A DNA stretch of 50,058 bases, counting the filler, from Jimgerdemannia flammicorona (lineage: Eukaryota), in the NCBI GenBank assembly GCA_003990765.1. It is 2 parts of 2 records of this genome, joined end to end, with 100 filler letters (N's around TTAATTAATTAA, not from the genome) between each part and the next. Parts side by side here need not be neighbours in the genome. Positions count along the whole stretch, not along the records: positions 1 to 24,984 come from RBNJ01000896.1; 1 more part is not named here. One strand, given 5' to 3'. Numbering within the stretch: the first letter of the stretch is position 1; the number at the start of each line of letters is the position of its first letter. Made by a program: the position numbers and the translations under genes. Below the pieces are notes generated by a model. The model searched no databases, was not told where the DNA came from, and worked only from the letters and a program-made list of their open reading frames with translations. Positions 1-11,160 of the stretch are shown here, in pieces.

Positions 1-290
1 CCCTCTCAGCCAGCTCTCCAGTCCAGCTCCCTGTCGACCCCCCTTCACCTTCTCTGCGAAGCTCACCCTGCCAGTCCCTTGACCTCCAGTTCCGCCCCCT
101 CTTCCACCTCGGCCCCCCGCCAGCAGGCCCCTCATACTTCCCCCCAAGCCGGGGCCTCTCCCCACTTGCTGCCAATCAAACGCTCCAGGGCCACCCTGCC
201 TAGTACGCACCTCCGGATGCTCATTGGTCGCCATGATACTAGTAGCTTTTCTCCAGAAACTGTGTCGAAAGTGTTGCCAAAGGGTTGTGT
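1..290 (-). mobile_element. 5' end of an L1/Tx1-like LINE (start of ORF1) nested in the 3' part of the gypsy element; runs off the window
   Basis: ATG at 234 (minus). Translations give SFAEKVK and GAGLESWLR in two frames, matching SFIDKIK..RLDSWLR (32239-32535 ORF) and TFADKVK..GLDSWLR (~46870-46930) in the other LINE ORF1s. 5' boundary approximate. Confidence 0.6.
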
Positions 291-910
291 AACCTGAATG
301 TTACCGGAGAGGATGGCTTCTGGTTCAATTGTATTAGGGTTCCTTCAAGTTGGTGGAACTGGGGTAGGGGAATTGGTAGGGCCTGAAAGGAGCTGAGGAC
401 CAATGTCTGGAGGTACTGATCAATCCTTTGGCTCATGGTGTAGAGGAGAGATATAGTTTGAGGTGATTGATGTGTACTGCTGTTCTCAGGGTTCATCCAT
501 CCATGCTTCTTAAATATATGCCAATTCCTCTGATATTGTATACAAGATAAGGTCCTTCCTATTTGGGTTCCAGTTTGGTGGCAAAGTTTGTATCTATCAT
601 GCTTCTCTAAACCAGGACTTGATTGCCAATCTTGATCTTCTGATCCTTCTATTTCTGGTCATAATACTTCTTTTGTCTTTCCTCAGCCTTGATAATCTGG
701 ATTCGGGCTTCGTTTCATAGCTGATCTCCCTTTTCAAGAAGCTTTCCAAGGTTCTCATGGTCAGCAGTTCTGGTCTTCTTGGCAAACATCATTTCAAAGG
801 GCTTTTGTTTGGTTGATGCAGCAGGGGTATTTTGGATTTCCCATAGGATCTCAGGTAAGCAGAGGTCCCAATTGGTAGGATTGACTTGGGCAAGTTCTTT
901 CTTGATGGTC

Positions 911-923
911 TGGTTCATTCTTT
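911..923. repeat. 13-bp target-site duplication of LINE 1 (TGGTTCATTCTTT), partner at 6696-6708
   Basis: Identical 13-mer on both sides of the LINE, adjacent to the T-run 921-942. Confidence 0.9.
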
Positions 924-1077
924 TTTTTTTTTTTTTTTTTTTATAGTCACTTGGACTCCTTTATTACGGAACTATCTAATAAATAAGACCCTATCTGATA
1001 ACTACTACAAATATAACTATAAAGAGGGCCAATCAGCCAACTCCTTCTTTCTACTGCACCCCCTTCTCACTAAGCAC

Positions 1078-4000
1078 TAGGTGCCCTTGACTTTTCGGGA
1101 CAATATCTAGCACCTTTCTCATGGCTCCCAACTGGTGCCTCTTCCCCTGATATCACCACCCTTGCACCACTTCCAGAAGCAACCCCTTCCACTGCGCCAT
1201 CAATTCACCAATCCCCATCCAAGGATCCTTCTCAAACACCCATCTCCAATGTACCGCCATCAGGACCCAGATGTCAATGATCCGGCCTAGGCCCCCCTAA
1301 ATGTCCACAATCTCTCCCACCAGTCGCCGCTTGACCACCTGACAGGTGGGGCCCCCTACATGCTCACTTTCGCTACTCCAGTAGCTTTCCAACATCTGCC
1401 AAAATCCCTCCACCCCTGGGCATGCTGCCATGACATACTCCGGCGTCTGCACCACACCCCCATCCAGCTCACAGCACCACTTGCATACCCTCACACCTTC
1501 AGCCTCCATCCATCCTGTCCTGTACCCCAGCATGACATTCCTCCACAAAAATCTCCACCATACTACCCAGAACTTAGGTGGTACAATCTTGAGTAATGAG
1601 GTCCCCCATCCCCAAACTGGGCCCCACTCCCAATCCTCTCCAAACCCAGCCTTCTGCCAACCAACTGGCCATCTCTCAAGTGGACCCCTCCAGATCCATT
1701 CCATCACCCCAGACAGAGAGTATTCTGCCAACCAGTGGCCACCAATACGAATATCACCAAGATGCCACCATCTCTGTTCCATGTCCTCCTCATCACCCAG
1801 CTCTGGACCTGTGAGGCCCATTGCCAGCCAAGCCTCCACTATGCCCCACCAGAACCCCTGGTACCACAATCTGCTAACTCTCCCAACCTGCAGCAACCCA
1901 TTCATATCCTTCTGAACCTCACCATGGGGGCAAAACCTGACTTCCCAATTGTCCATAGCCAGTTTTCCCCAACCATCCATCCCTAATTCTGCCAATCAAC
2001 AACCCCACCAACCCTGAAGTGCCTTCAGCTACCTCCTAAAATCCACTAGCCCCAATCCACCATCTGCTGTGCACATCACTACCATCTCCCAACTGATCTG
2101 TGGTCTTCTTCCTTGCCACAGCCATCCTTCTACTACCTTCTTCAGTTTCTGTACCACCTAACTGGGAAAGTCCAAATGATATCCCAGGTACCACAGCTTC
2201 GGTAGCCAATATACATTCAGAACTACAATCCTCCCCACCAAAGAGAAACCCCTCCCTGACCAGTCCACCAAAGTATTCTCCCACTTCTGTATCATTCCAC
2301 TCCACCACTCCTTTGGCAAAACTGTTCCATATACTGAGAACCATATACCCAGATATCGGACTGCCTCTCCTGTACATACCAGTTGACCAAAATGTCCATG
2401 GTCCCCCAGCCCAGCTCTCAGCTCCATAGTTTCACACTTGCCCCAATTCAGTTTCACTCCTATCAGCCTCTCATACAGCCCCACTCCTTCCTGAAGGTTT
2501 GTCACATCTGCCATACAGTCTAACCCTACCACCATATCATCAGCAAAAGCCCCCAGCTTCCAGACCACCTCCTCCATCTTCAGCCCAGTGAGCCTTCCTC
2601 TCAGCCATACCAACAAGGGCTCCAAGAATAGGATGTAGAGTAGGGGTGAGAGAGGATCCCCCTGCAGCACGCCTCTCCCCAAAACAAACTCTGGGCCACT
2701 CCACCCATTTATTAGTACTGTAGCCTGACAGCCTCGCACCAGGCCCATCAGCTTTCGAGCCTCTACCACACTGAATCCTATCTTCTGCAGAACTGCCTCC
2801 AGATAGTCCCACCTCACTCTATCATATGCCTTTTTCTGATCCAAGAACACCATTCTCCCATCTACTTGCCGGCTTCAACAGCCTTTCAAGACATTTTGCA
2901 CCCAGGGTGTGCTGTCTCAGATCTGCCTCCCCTTTACAAATCTTCGCTGTTCTTCACCCACCAATTGGCCAATCCAACGTTGCATCCTCTCCGCCAGGAT
3001 CTGGGATACCAACTTTCTGTCCACATTCAGTAGCATAATGGGCTGCCAGTTTCGCCACATACGGTGATCCCCTTTCTCCTTATAGAGCAGAGAGACTAAC
3101 CCTAAGGAGCTATTGCCGATCCAGCAGCCTTCACCTATCACAAAGTTTGCCATTTCTACCAGCCAACTCCCAAACTCGACTTGGAATTCCTTCCAGAACT
3201 CCCAAGGCAGTCCATTCTCTCCTGGTGATGAACCAGCCTGCACTTTCTGTAGAACCTCCAGAACCTCTTCAAGGGCCACCATGCCCATTATCGCCCCACC
3301 TATCTCTGGCACTGCCACCACTGGCCAGCTACTAATAAGAGTGTCATTATCCTCTGGTTGAGACACTCCCCCCACCAGTCCTCTTCCATCTTGCCATAGA
3401 GTATGTCATTGCCCCGAAACCTCTCCAAGTATATCAGTAATACCAGTAACCTCAACACTGTCCTCCCGCAACATGGAAGCCCAGCTGTGCCACACTCTCC
3501 TGGCCTTCAAGATTCTGGACAAATACTTAGTGGGTCGCTCTCCTTCCTCCAACCGTCTTGCCTGCAACCTCACCAGTAGCCCATCTACCACCCTATCTTC
3601 TGCTGCCTTCAAATCTAACCGCAGTTCAGCCACCTCCTTAGCCAACTGAGAGCGCCTCTCTCCAGATAAATTCTCTCCCTCCAGGAATTTCAGCTGCCAA
3701 CGTAGACCCTGTTCAACCCTCCTTTCTCTATCCTTCTGCTCCCTGCCAGCTACCTCCCCCACATCCCGCCAGTAAGCACCTGCCAAATGTTTGAATTTCC
3801 CCCACTACTGTGCTATCGACTGTCCACTGTCTTTCCACCGTACCACTTCCTGCCTTGTGATTTCCACAAATTGGTCCCTTTCCACCTGCCTTTTGAGTAG
3901 TGCCACATTGAGTCATCATCTGCCTCCACCTCCACTGACTGTCTGGAATCTCCCGCACACCTCAACTCCCCAGTGATCTGACCAAGGACACCACTGTATA

Positions 4001-4665
4001 CCTGTTGAATCCAATACATTGCCCCAGCATTCTGCCACCAGGATCCAATCAATCCTCATTCCAACCAAGTCTTTGCCAACTGAGTACCACCTAGTGAATG
4101 GCCCTGGCCTTTCCCCTTGACGCTGTCAAACTCCATCAACCAATCCCATATCCCTCTCTATCTGGAGCCACCGTGAGAGCCCAGTAGATACAGCCACACC
4201 AACTCCACCATCAGATCTATCTAATGTTCTATCACAAATCATATTAAAGTCCCCCCCCAGAATGTCCAACCCCACCTCATCCCGGTCTCCCCAAGCCAGC
4301 CAGCCTTCCACCCATTGGTTCCGCTCTCTACCTACTGCTGGCAGATAAGCAGAGCCAACCACTAGTCCATCGCCAGCTCTACCTTTCAACCTCCCCCAGA
4401 CCAATCGATCACCATATACTACAACTTCCAACAGCTCACCTCTCCCCAAGCCAACTAAAATGCCCACCTGTTCATTCCAACCTGTACTTCCATACCATTC
4501 CCTACTCCAATCCTCATAATCCTGCTCTCCATATGCCCAAATGTCCTGTAGCAATACAACATCATATCTCCTGATCTTCAGTAAATGAAATAGATGCCTT
4601 CTCTTCACTCCATTACACAAACCATTGACGTTTAACAATAAGATATGTAGACTGTTCATCATCAT
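1078..4665 (-). pseudogene. LINE 1 ORF2: APE endonuclease, reverse transcriptase, zf-RVT-like region; disrupted
   Basis: LNVNGL, DVVLLQD, SAYLP, GGDFN (APE); SPGENGLPWEFW, NWQPIMLLNVDRK, DQKKAYDRVRW, GVLQGDPLSPLLY, AFADD, YLGIW (RT); CKWC..EYVMAAC. 3' end approximate. Confidence 0.9.
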
Positions 4666-4677
4666 AAGTAAAAATGA

Positions 4678-6522
4678 TTAAAGCTCCACTGGAATCGCCA
4701 CCACCTTCTCTGCCCGACCACAGATTATTGCCTTCCATTCCTCACAGATTGCCCTCCAGATATGGGCTCCATTGACTCCACTGCAGAATATGTCCACTTG
4801 CTCAGATGCCACCTTCCTGATGTCAGCCATATGATCTTTGTCTACCTCATATCCTTCATCATCCAAAAGTGTGGCCACCATCACTGTCACCAACTTCGGT
4901 CCCTGCAATGCTATATTGAGGAACCCTTCTCAGGCCTCTTGAGATCCATTAAATACATCCACTTCCTTGATATCCTCCTCTGCCAGTTCCTTGAGCACTG
5001 TCTGATACCAGTCATCAGCCGTCATCACTATGGGCCCAGGGGTAGCGGGCCTTGGGGTCCTGCTCAGTTCCTGTAACATCTCTCGGTCCGCCGACACATC
5101 AGAGGCCACATCTACCAGATCATCCTCCTCTGCACCATTCTCCAGCCTCACCACTTCGCCGGCCTCTGGACACTCCCAGTGAACATTTGCTGCCCCTGCC
5201 ATCCGAACATCCTCCAACTGAGTCTCTGGCACCACCTCGGCAACCTCCTCGAAACCCCCTACATTCATCTCCTCCTTATCAGCCCACTTCCCCTTTACTG
5301 GTACATGAGCCAAGTCCTCCACTCCCCCCAGTTGTGAATAGGACACCTCAACTGTCTCCACCTCTTCTATCTGACTCTTGGCCATCTCTGTCCTTTCTTC
5401 TTCCTCCACTTTTGAGCCCTGGAGGACTGTCTGCAAGCGCTCCCAGTTCGCCCTCCACCACTTCTTCCTCTTTCCATCTGTTGGAATCCAGATCCAGTCC
5501 TTGGCAAACTCCTCCCATCTCCTCTTCCGCACTTCCTTCACAGCCTCTCTCTCCTCCAGAGCAATCAGCAGTTCCTCCTCCTCCTGTTCCAAGCCCTTCC
5601 TTCTCCACACTTTACACTCCTGCCTTTTGACATAGATCACCTCTGGCCAGTCCCTCCCTAGCCCTGTAGCCTCCTTGCCTTCCAGCCTCACCATAATCTC
5701 GCAGTTGCCATTCCTCAGCTTGGTCCCCTCCCAGAACATAAACCCAAAGTCAACCATCTCGCTGAAGCCCCCCAGTGCCTCTGCTACAATCCCTTTTGTC
5801 TCCTGCCTTTCCAATATCGGCAGCCCCTCAATCACCAGACGTACGGCACACAGGTCCCACCTCAGGCACCTCACCATGCCCACCTTGATATTCTTGATGA
5901 CCAGCCCTTTCTCCAAAGCTTTTGCCATATCCTCCTCCTCCACAAATCCTATCTCTACTGCCTCCGCTGATGGGATGAACTTCAGTGACTCTGCCCCAGC
6001 AACCTCCTCTCCCACTAGCTGCAAGACCTCCCTAGCCAACATCCCCAGCCCCAGGAAATTCGCTGAGATAGCCCACATTGACACTGACTTGGGAAAGAAG
6101 GGGCGCACCACCAGTTCACCAGAGCCTGCCACCATCATAGCCTTCTTCTTATTCTCAGATACCCCAGCAGTCACCCCAGCCACAAGCCCAGCCCCAGGAA
6201 TGCCAGTCCCAGCCGCACCACTTCTGGACCCCTGGCCTCTGGCAGGTACCTGACCAATCACCTGACCAGTCACCTGGCCGGTCACCTGACTTCTACCCCT
6301 GTCAACACGATGTCCCCCCTGCCCTACTCCTATGGGCCTAGTAGCCGCCCTCCTGTCCCCCATCACTGTATGCCAACTTTCGATACCAGCCTGCCTTCCT
6401 TGACCACCTGCTCCTCCTGCTCCAGTACCAGTCCCAGCCACTGCTGCAAAACTCTTGGGGAGGCCCAGGCCAGGTCTCCTTCTCTCCAAGCGCTCAGAGC
6501 TTGATGAACCCTGGGTTTCCAT
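4678..6522 (-). CDS. LINE 1 ORF1 (Gly-rich N-terminus, RRM-like core, acidic/coiled-coil tail); open for 530 codons, likely frameshifted near 4930
   Basis: Directly upstream of ORF2. SFAAVA motif and VEIGF..GLVI..LVIEGLP..TKLRNG pattern typical of L1/Tx1 ORF1; similar to the ORF1 remnants at ~32000 and ~46500. Confidence 0.8.
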
Positions 6523-7281
6523 TTGACGAAAACTCTGCAGAATTTGACGAAATTTGTTGTAGACTGTTACTAGACTCCTGCCGCACCTTGTACACCAGAA
6601 TAGATGACAGGAAAACTTGAAAATGTGTTGCTTGTCATGAAAAGATGTCCGTGTGGCTTAGCTTGCTCTGAATGGTTCGAGCAAAAGGAGTTCTTTGGTT
6701 CATTCTTTCTGTCATGCCATTGGTCTGAGAGTGGTATGATGTAGTCCTTTTGAGGTAGATCTTGTGAATTCGGACATAACTTGTGATTATGTTATTGATG
6801 AATTCTGTGCCTTGGTCAGAGATAAGTTCTTCTGGGGCTCCATATCTAAGTGTGAGTCCATGGAGGAGGCCTACAATGATTAAGGCATCTGCGATTTCCA
6901 TTGGGAAAGCCTCAGGCCACTTAGTCAGATGTTCCACAAATACTAGGATGTATTTGTTTCTTCTTGGTGTAACTGGTAGAGGTCCAATTACATCTACTCC
7001 CCATCTTTGAAAGATGTGAGTGGGTGGGGGAATCAGTTGCAGAGGGGCTTGATAGTTCTTCTTTCCTTAGTACTTCTGGCAAGTGTCATATTTCTGAATG
7101 ATGTCTCGGACTTGGGTTCTGAGATGGGGCCAATGTTGATATTGTTTTTGAATCTTATCTTCTGTGTTTGTCTATCCTTGGTGGGCTTTCTGGTGTTCTT
7201 GTCAGATGAGATCTTCTTGTTTCTTGATCATCACAGGGACTTCCTTTAGGGTGTAGTTCCTCAGGACACCCTTCTTCTAGT

Positions 7282-8697
7282 TTATTGGGGCTGGTGGGAA
7301 AGTACATCAACATTGTTGTAAGCTTTCCCTGCTTTATGGATGATGGTGATTTTGTAATCCTGAAGGATAAGGATCCAATGGGCTAGGATTCCAGTGGGTT
7401 CCTTGTAGTTGAATAACCATTTGAGGGCTGCATGGTCTGTGATCAGGGTGAACCTTTTTCCGATGAGGTAATGCTTGAACAGAGTGACTGCCCATATGAC
7501 TGCAAGACATTCCAGTTTGGTGCTACCATAGTTTATCTGCTGCTGATTGGTAGCTCTGCTTGCATAAGCTATTACATGGTACTGTTGATCAGGTCCTTCT
7601 TGGGCTTGAACTGCTCCTAGGCCATCTTTAGAAGTATCTGTATACAAGATGAATGGCTTCTGTAGATAGGGGCACACAAGGATTGGTGCTGTAGTCATGC
7701 AGTTCTTGAGTTCTCTGAAGGCTTTTTCCTGTGATTCTGTCCATTTGAATGGCATTCCTTTCTTGAGAAGGATTCGGATTGGGGCAGCGATTTGGGAAAA
7801 ATCCTTGATAAACCTTCTGTAGTAGGATACTAGCATCAGGAATGATAGTGTTTCCTTTGGAGTCTTGGGTACTGGCCAATTGTTGATCTTCTCAGTTTTC
7901 TTTGGGTCTGTATGAGTTCCTTCTTTTGAAACCATGAATCCCAGGAATTTAAGTTTCTGTTTCCCAAAGTAGTATTTCTTTGCATTTAATCTCAAGTGAT
8001 TCTTGTGGGTGAGCTTAAAGAATTCCTCTAGGTAGTGCAGGTATTCTTTGAAATTTACTGAATAGATGTTGGAATCATCCATGTATACAATCAGGCAGTG
8101 GTGGATCAGAGGAGCATAAACTGAATTCATCATCCTCTGGAAGATAGGGGGTGCATTGCAAAGTCCAAAGGGCATTCAGAGGTATTCAAATAGTTTTCCT
8201 AGAGCAAGGAAGGCTGTCTTTTGAATGTCTTTTAGGTCTATGGGGATCTCATGGAATCCTGCAAAGAGGTCCATACTGCTGAAGTATCTGGCATCTTGTA
8301 ACTGATCCAAGAGGTCATTGATTCTGGGCAGGGGATAGGTATCTTTTTCAGTGACTGAATTGAGTTTCCTGTAATCCACGCAGAGTCTCCATCCTCCTTT
8401 CTTTGGTATAATCAGTATAGGGCTGGCCCAGGGGCTGGTAGAGGGTCAGATGACTCCATTGTCTAAGAGTTCTGGGATGTGCTCCTTTTCAAATGTTTTC
8501 AAGTAATGGGGTATTCTATAGGGTTTCTGCCGGATGGGTGTTGCATTTCCTGTATTTATGCTGTGGTGATATGATGGATTGTATGGCAGGTTGCCATAAT
8601 CAGTGGTGAAGATATCTTGATATTCATTGAGAAGTTCTACTAGTTGTTGCTGTTGTTGAGGTGTCAATTCTTCTCCAATGTTGGTGGAAGGCTTCAC
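7282..8697 (-). pseudogene. Gypsy reverse transcriptase and RNase H
   Basis: PIRQKPYRIP, DYRKLN, YPLPRINDLLD, MPFGLCNAP, YMDD, KFLGF, SYYRRFIKDFS, LYTDTS, ECLAVIWA, TDHAAL; CGA>TGA-type stops. Confidence 0.95.
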
Positions 8698-9109
8698 TGT
8701 CTCCTGGGTCGCAGAGGGGCCTTTCCTTTCTTCTGAGACCTTTTGCCATTTCCCAATAGGTTTAGTTCATAAACTTCCCTATGAGTTCGGTTTAGAAAAG
8801 GCACCAGATGTCCTATGATGGTTCCTTGCAGCAAGATGATGGTCTCCCAACTTTGGTTGGTTGCTCGGGAGTATACTGAGTTCATCTTGTCAGGAAATGT
8901 GTATCCCTCTATGTCCAGGTGTGGGATATCTTCCTTGGGTTCAAAGAAAAGGTTCCTGGGGTCGGGTGGTGCAAAGATTTCGAAGGTAGCTTGTTCTCCA
9001 GGCTCCAGGATGAGATTCTTGTGCAGTCTGACTGGTTGCCGATACACTTGCTGGGGAACATTCCTCTTGAGGTGGTTGACTTGAAGGAGATGTACCTCCT
9101 TCCTGTCTG

Positions 9110-9520
9110 AACTTCCAAATCCCTTGGCTTGTCTTATTCCTTCAGTTTGTTCAGAGATTTCCTGTAACTGTGGGGTCTTGACCTTCATGAAGACTGCTTG
9201 GGCAATCTTCTGTCCTCTAATGATTCTGTGCCATTCTGCACTGCTATTGTATAAGATAACCTTGATTTCGCCTGTATATCCTGGGTCAATGGTTCCTCCT
9301 TCCATGGTTATTCCTTGTCTGGCAAGTCCAGACCTTGAGGTCAGTTGAATATAAGCTCCCTGGGGTGGCTGCATGGCTAATTCAGTTCGGACCATAAAGG
9401 TTTTTCCAGGCTTGATAGATTTATCCTCCAGGCTGTGAAGATCATATCCTACATCCTCTGGGTGGGCTTTGGTCGGGGGTTTGGCCTTGGGGTGCAGCAG
9501 GACATACTGGGCAATATCCT
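9110..9520 (-). pseudogene. Trimeric dUTPase domain within the gypsy pol
   Basis: All five motifs readable: VGYDL, RSGLA, GTIDPGYTGEI, GQKIAQ, RQAKGFGSS. Homologue at ~38090-38495. Confidence 0.93.
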
Positions 9521-10829
9521 TGCTGAGTTCAGGCTTTCCTAAGGCTGAAGCTCCACTAGCAGAGAGCCTCCAAGCTCTAAGGTTGAGGTGTGGCCATCTG
9601 TCCAGTAGAGGGGTCTCGGAGATAATTGATTCCTCTTCTTCCTGTAGGGTCTAGGGCTTCCATGAAGTTGGTAGCATCTTCTGCCCATCCTTGGTAGATT
9701 GCATGTCTAATGAGAGCTAGGATGTCTTCTCCCAAATCATAGATCTTGAAGATTCTTCTTCTTGGCTTCTTGGTTCAGCTTTTTTGGATCTGGCCCCTGT
9801 TGTCTCCTCTCTTTAAAGTATGGACTGCAACATCATGACTAAGGTGAATCTTCTGATGTCTGCAGTCTCGGCAGTCAGGGTGTCTTCTATGGTGGCAATA
9901 TCCCATTGCTTGGAAATGATGTTCCTGGCTGTTTATCTCCTGTTGTCTTGGGAATCGGTACCCATCTTGGTCATAAGTGAGTGGAAGAGTGGACAAGGGA
10001 TATATTTCTGTCCAGGTGAAGAAGCCTTGCCCCCTGAATTGGCTTTGCAGCTTGGTGGTGACTTCTTGAAAGGTAGTTGACTGTGCAAGTGTGTTTGGGG
10101 GTTCTGGTCTCTGGGGTCTCTGTCTCTCCTGTTGGTCCAGTAAATGGCACTGATAGCAGTAGTCTCAGAGAGAGTGGAAGACCATTTGATGTAGACATCT
10201 TCCTAGCCAAAAAGCTTTCTCTTGGTGAGTTTCTTTCTTGGAGATAATGGTGATTGTACTGGGTCCTTCTTCTGTATTCCAAGGGTCATTGTCTTTGAGT
10301 GGTGTCTAGCAAGGGTCATCCCAGGGAATGAGTTCAGGGATCTCTTCTTCTTCGGGTGCTTCTTGTTTAGAGACTTCTTGGTCAGAATTTTCTTCTTCCC
10401 CAGATGATTCTTGACCCCAAATTGCTTGTACCTCTGCAGCTTCAGTTGCAGGTATTTCTGGAACATGTCTGCATTTCTTCTTCTTTCTTCTGCACTCTGG
10501 TCAGGCTGTGCCAGGTGATTTCCTTATTCCCATGATCTTGGAGGAGTGCTCAGGACACTTGTGTCTCTTGAGGCAGGTAGGGCATCCTTTGGCTTCTCCT
10601 GCAATGGCTCCAATGGTGATGGAGATGGTGTTCTTAGCCCACACATTGTCTTCTGGTCTGTCATCCACCAGGTTAATTCGGAGATTGAGTCTGGGATCAT
10701 TTCTATCTTCGGATTCTTCCTCTTCTTCTGTGGTAGATTCTTCACTGCTGGCATATTCTTCCTGAATAGTGACCTTCTTCTTCTTCTTTGATTGCTCATA
10801 GCTGGTCACCTTAACTCTATACTTCTTAC

Positions 10830-11160
10830 CTCAGTAATCAAACTTGAGTACTTATTGGCCAATATCAACAACTGCATTCATTTCCTTCATCCAGTTGGTG
10901 CCAAGAATCATGTCATAGGTAACAGCTTCGGTGACAATAGCTTTAGGGATGGAGAACTGAATGTGTCCAAGGGAGATAGTGATATTTCATACTTCTCCAA
11001 GTGGTTGAGTTTGGGCTCCATCTGCCACTATGATGCTGAGGTTGGATGGTCCATCAATGGACCATTAAAGGGTGTCCAGGAACTGTTTGGCAATGATACA
11101 GACAGCTGCTCTTGTGTCTATGAGGATCTTCACTTTTTGTCCTCCAATATCTCCATATAG
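10830..11160 (-). pseudogene. Gypsy aspartic protease
   Basis: ILIDTRAAVCII (IDTGAA in copy B at ~36510), VADG, DMILGTNWM. Confidence 0.85.

Larger units (their letters stand above)
924..6695 (-). mobile_element. Full-length L1/Tx1-like non-LTR retrotransposon (LINE 1), ~5.8 kb
   Basis: 5'UTR, ORF1, ORF2 (APE endonuclease, RT, Cys-rich C-terminus), AATAAA ~20 nt before a poly(A) tail (T-run 921-942), 13-bp TSD. Confidence 0.93.
433..7230 (-). pseudogene. Gypsy integrase (HHCC, DDE core, C-terminal domain), split by the LINE at 924-6695
   Basis: ORF 6635-6937 reads up to GMTERMNQ and ORF 715-918 resumes MNQTIKKELAQV..WDLCLPEIL..NT. The uninterrupted homologue is at ~40890-40930. Stop TGA at 433-435. 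Confidence 0.9.

Noticed and set aside
1360..6504. Numerous Pro/Ser-rich plus-strand ORFs
   Set aside because: Antisense shadows of the G-rich LINE coding strand.
9110..9520. dUTPase as a host or DNA-virus gene
   Set aside because: It lies within pol, between protease and RT, in both element copies.
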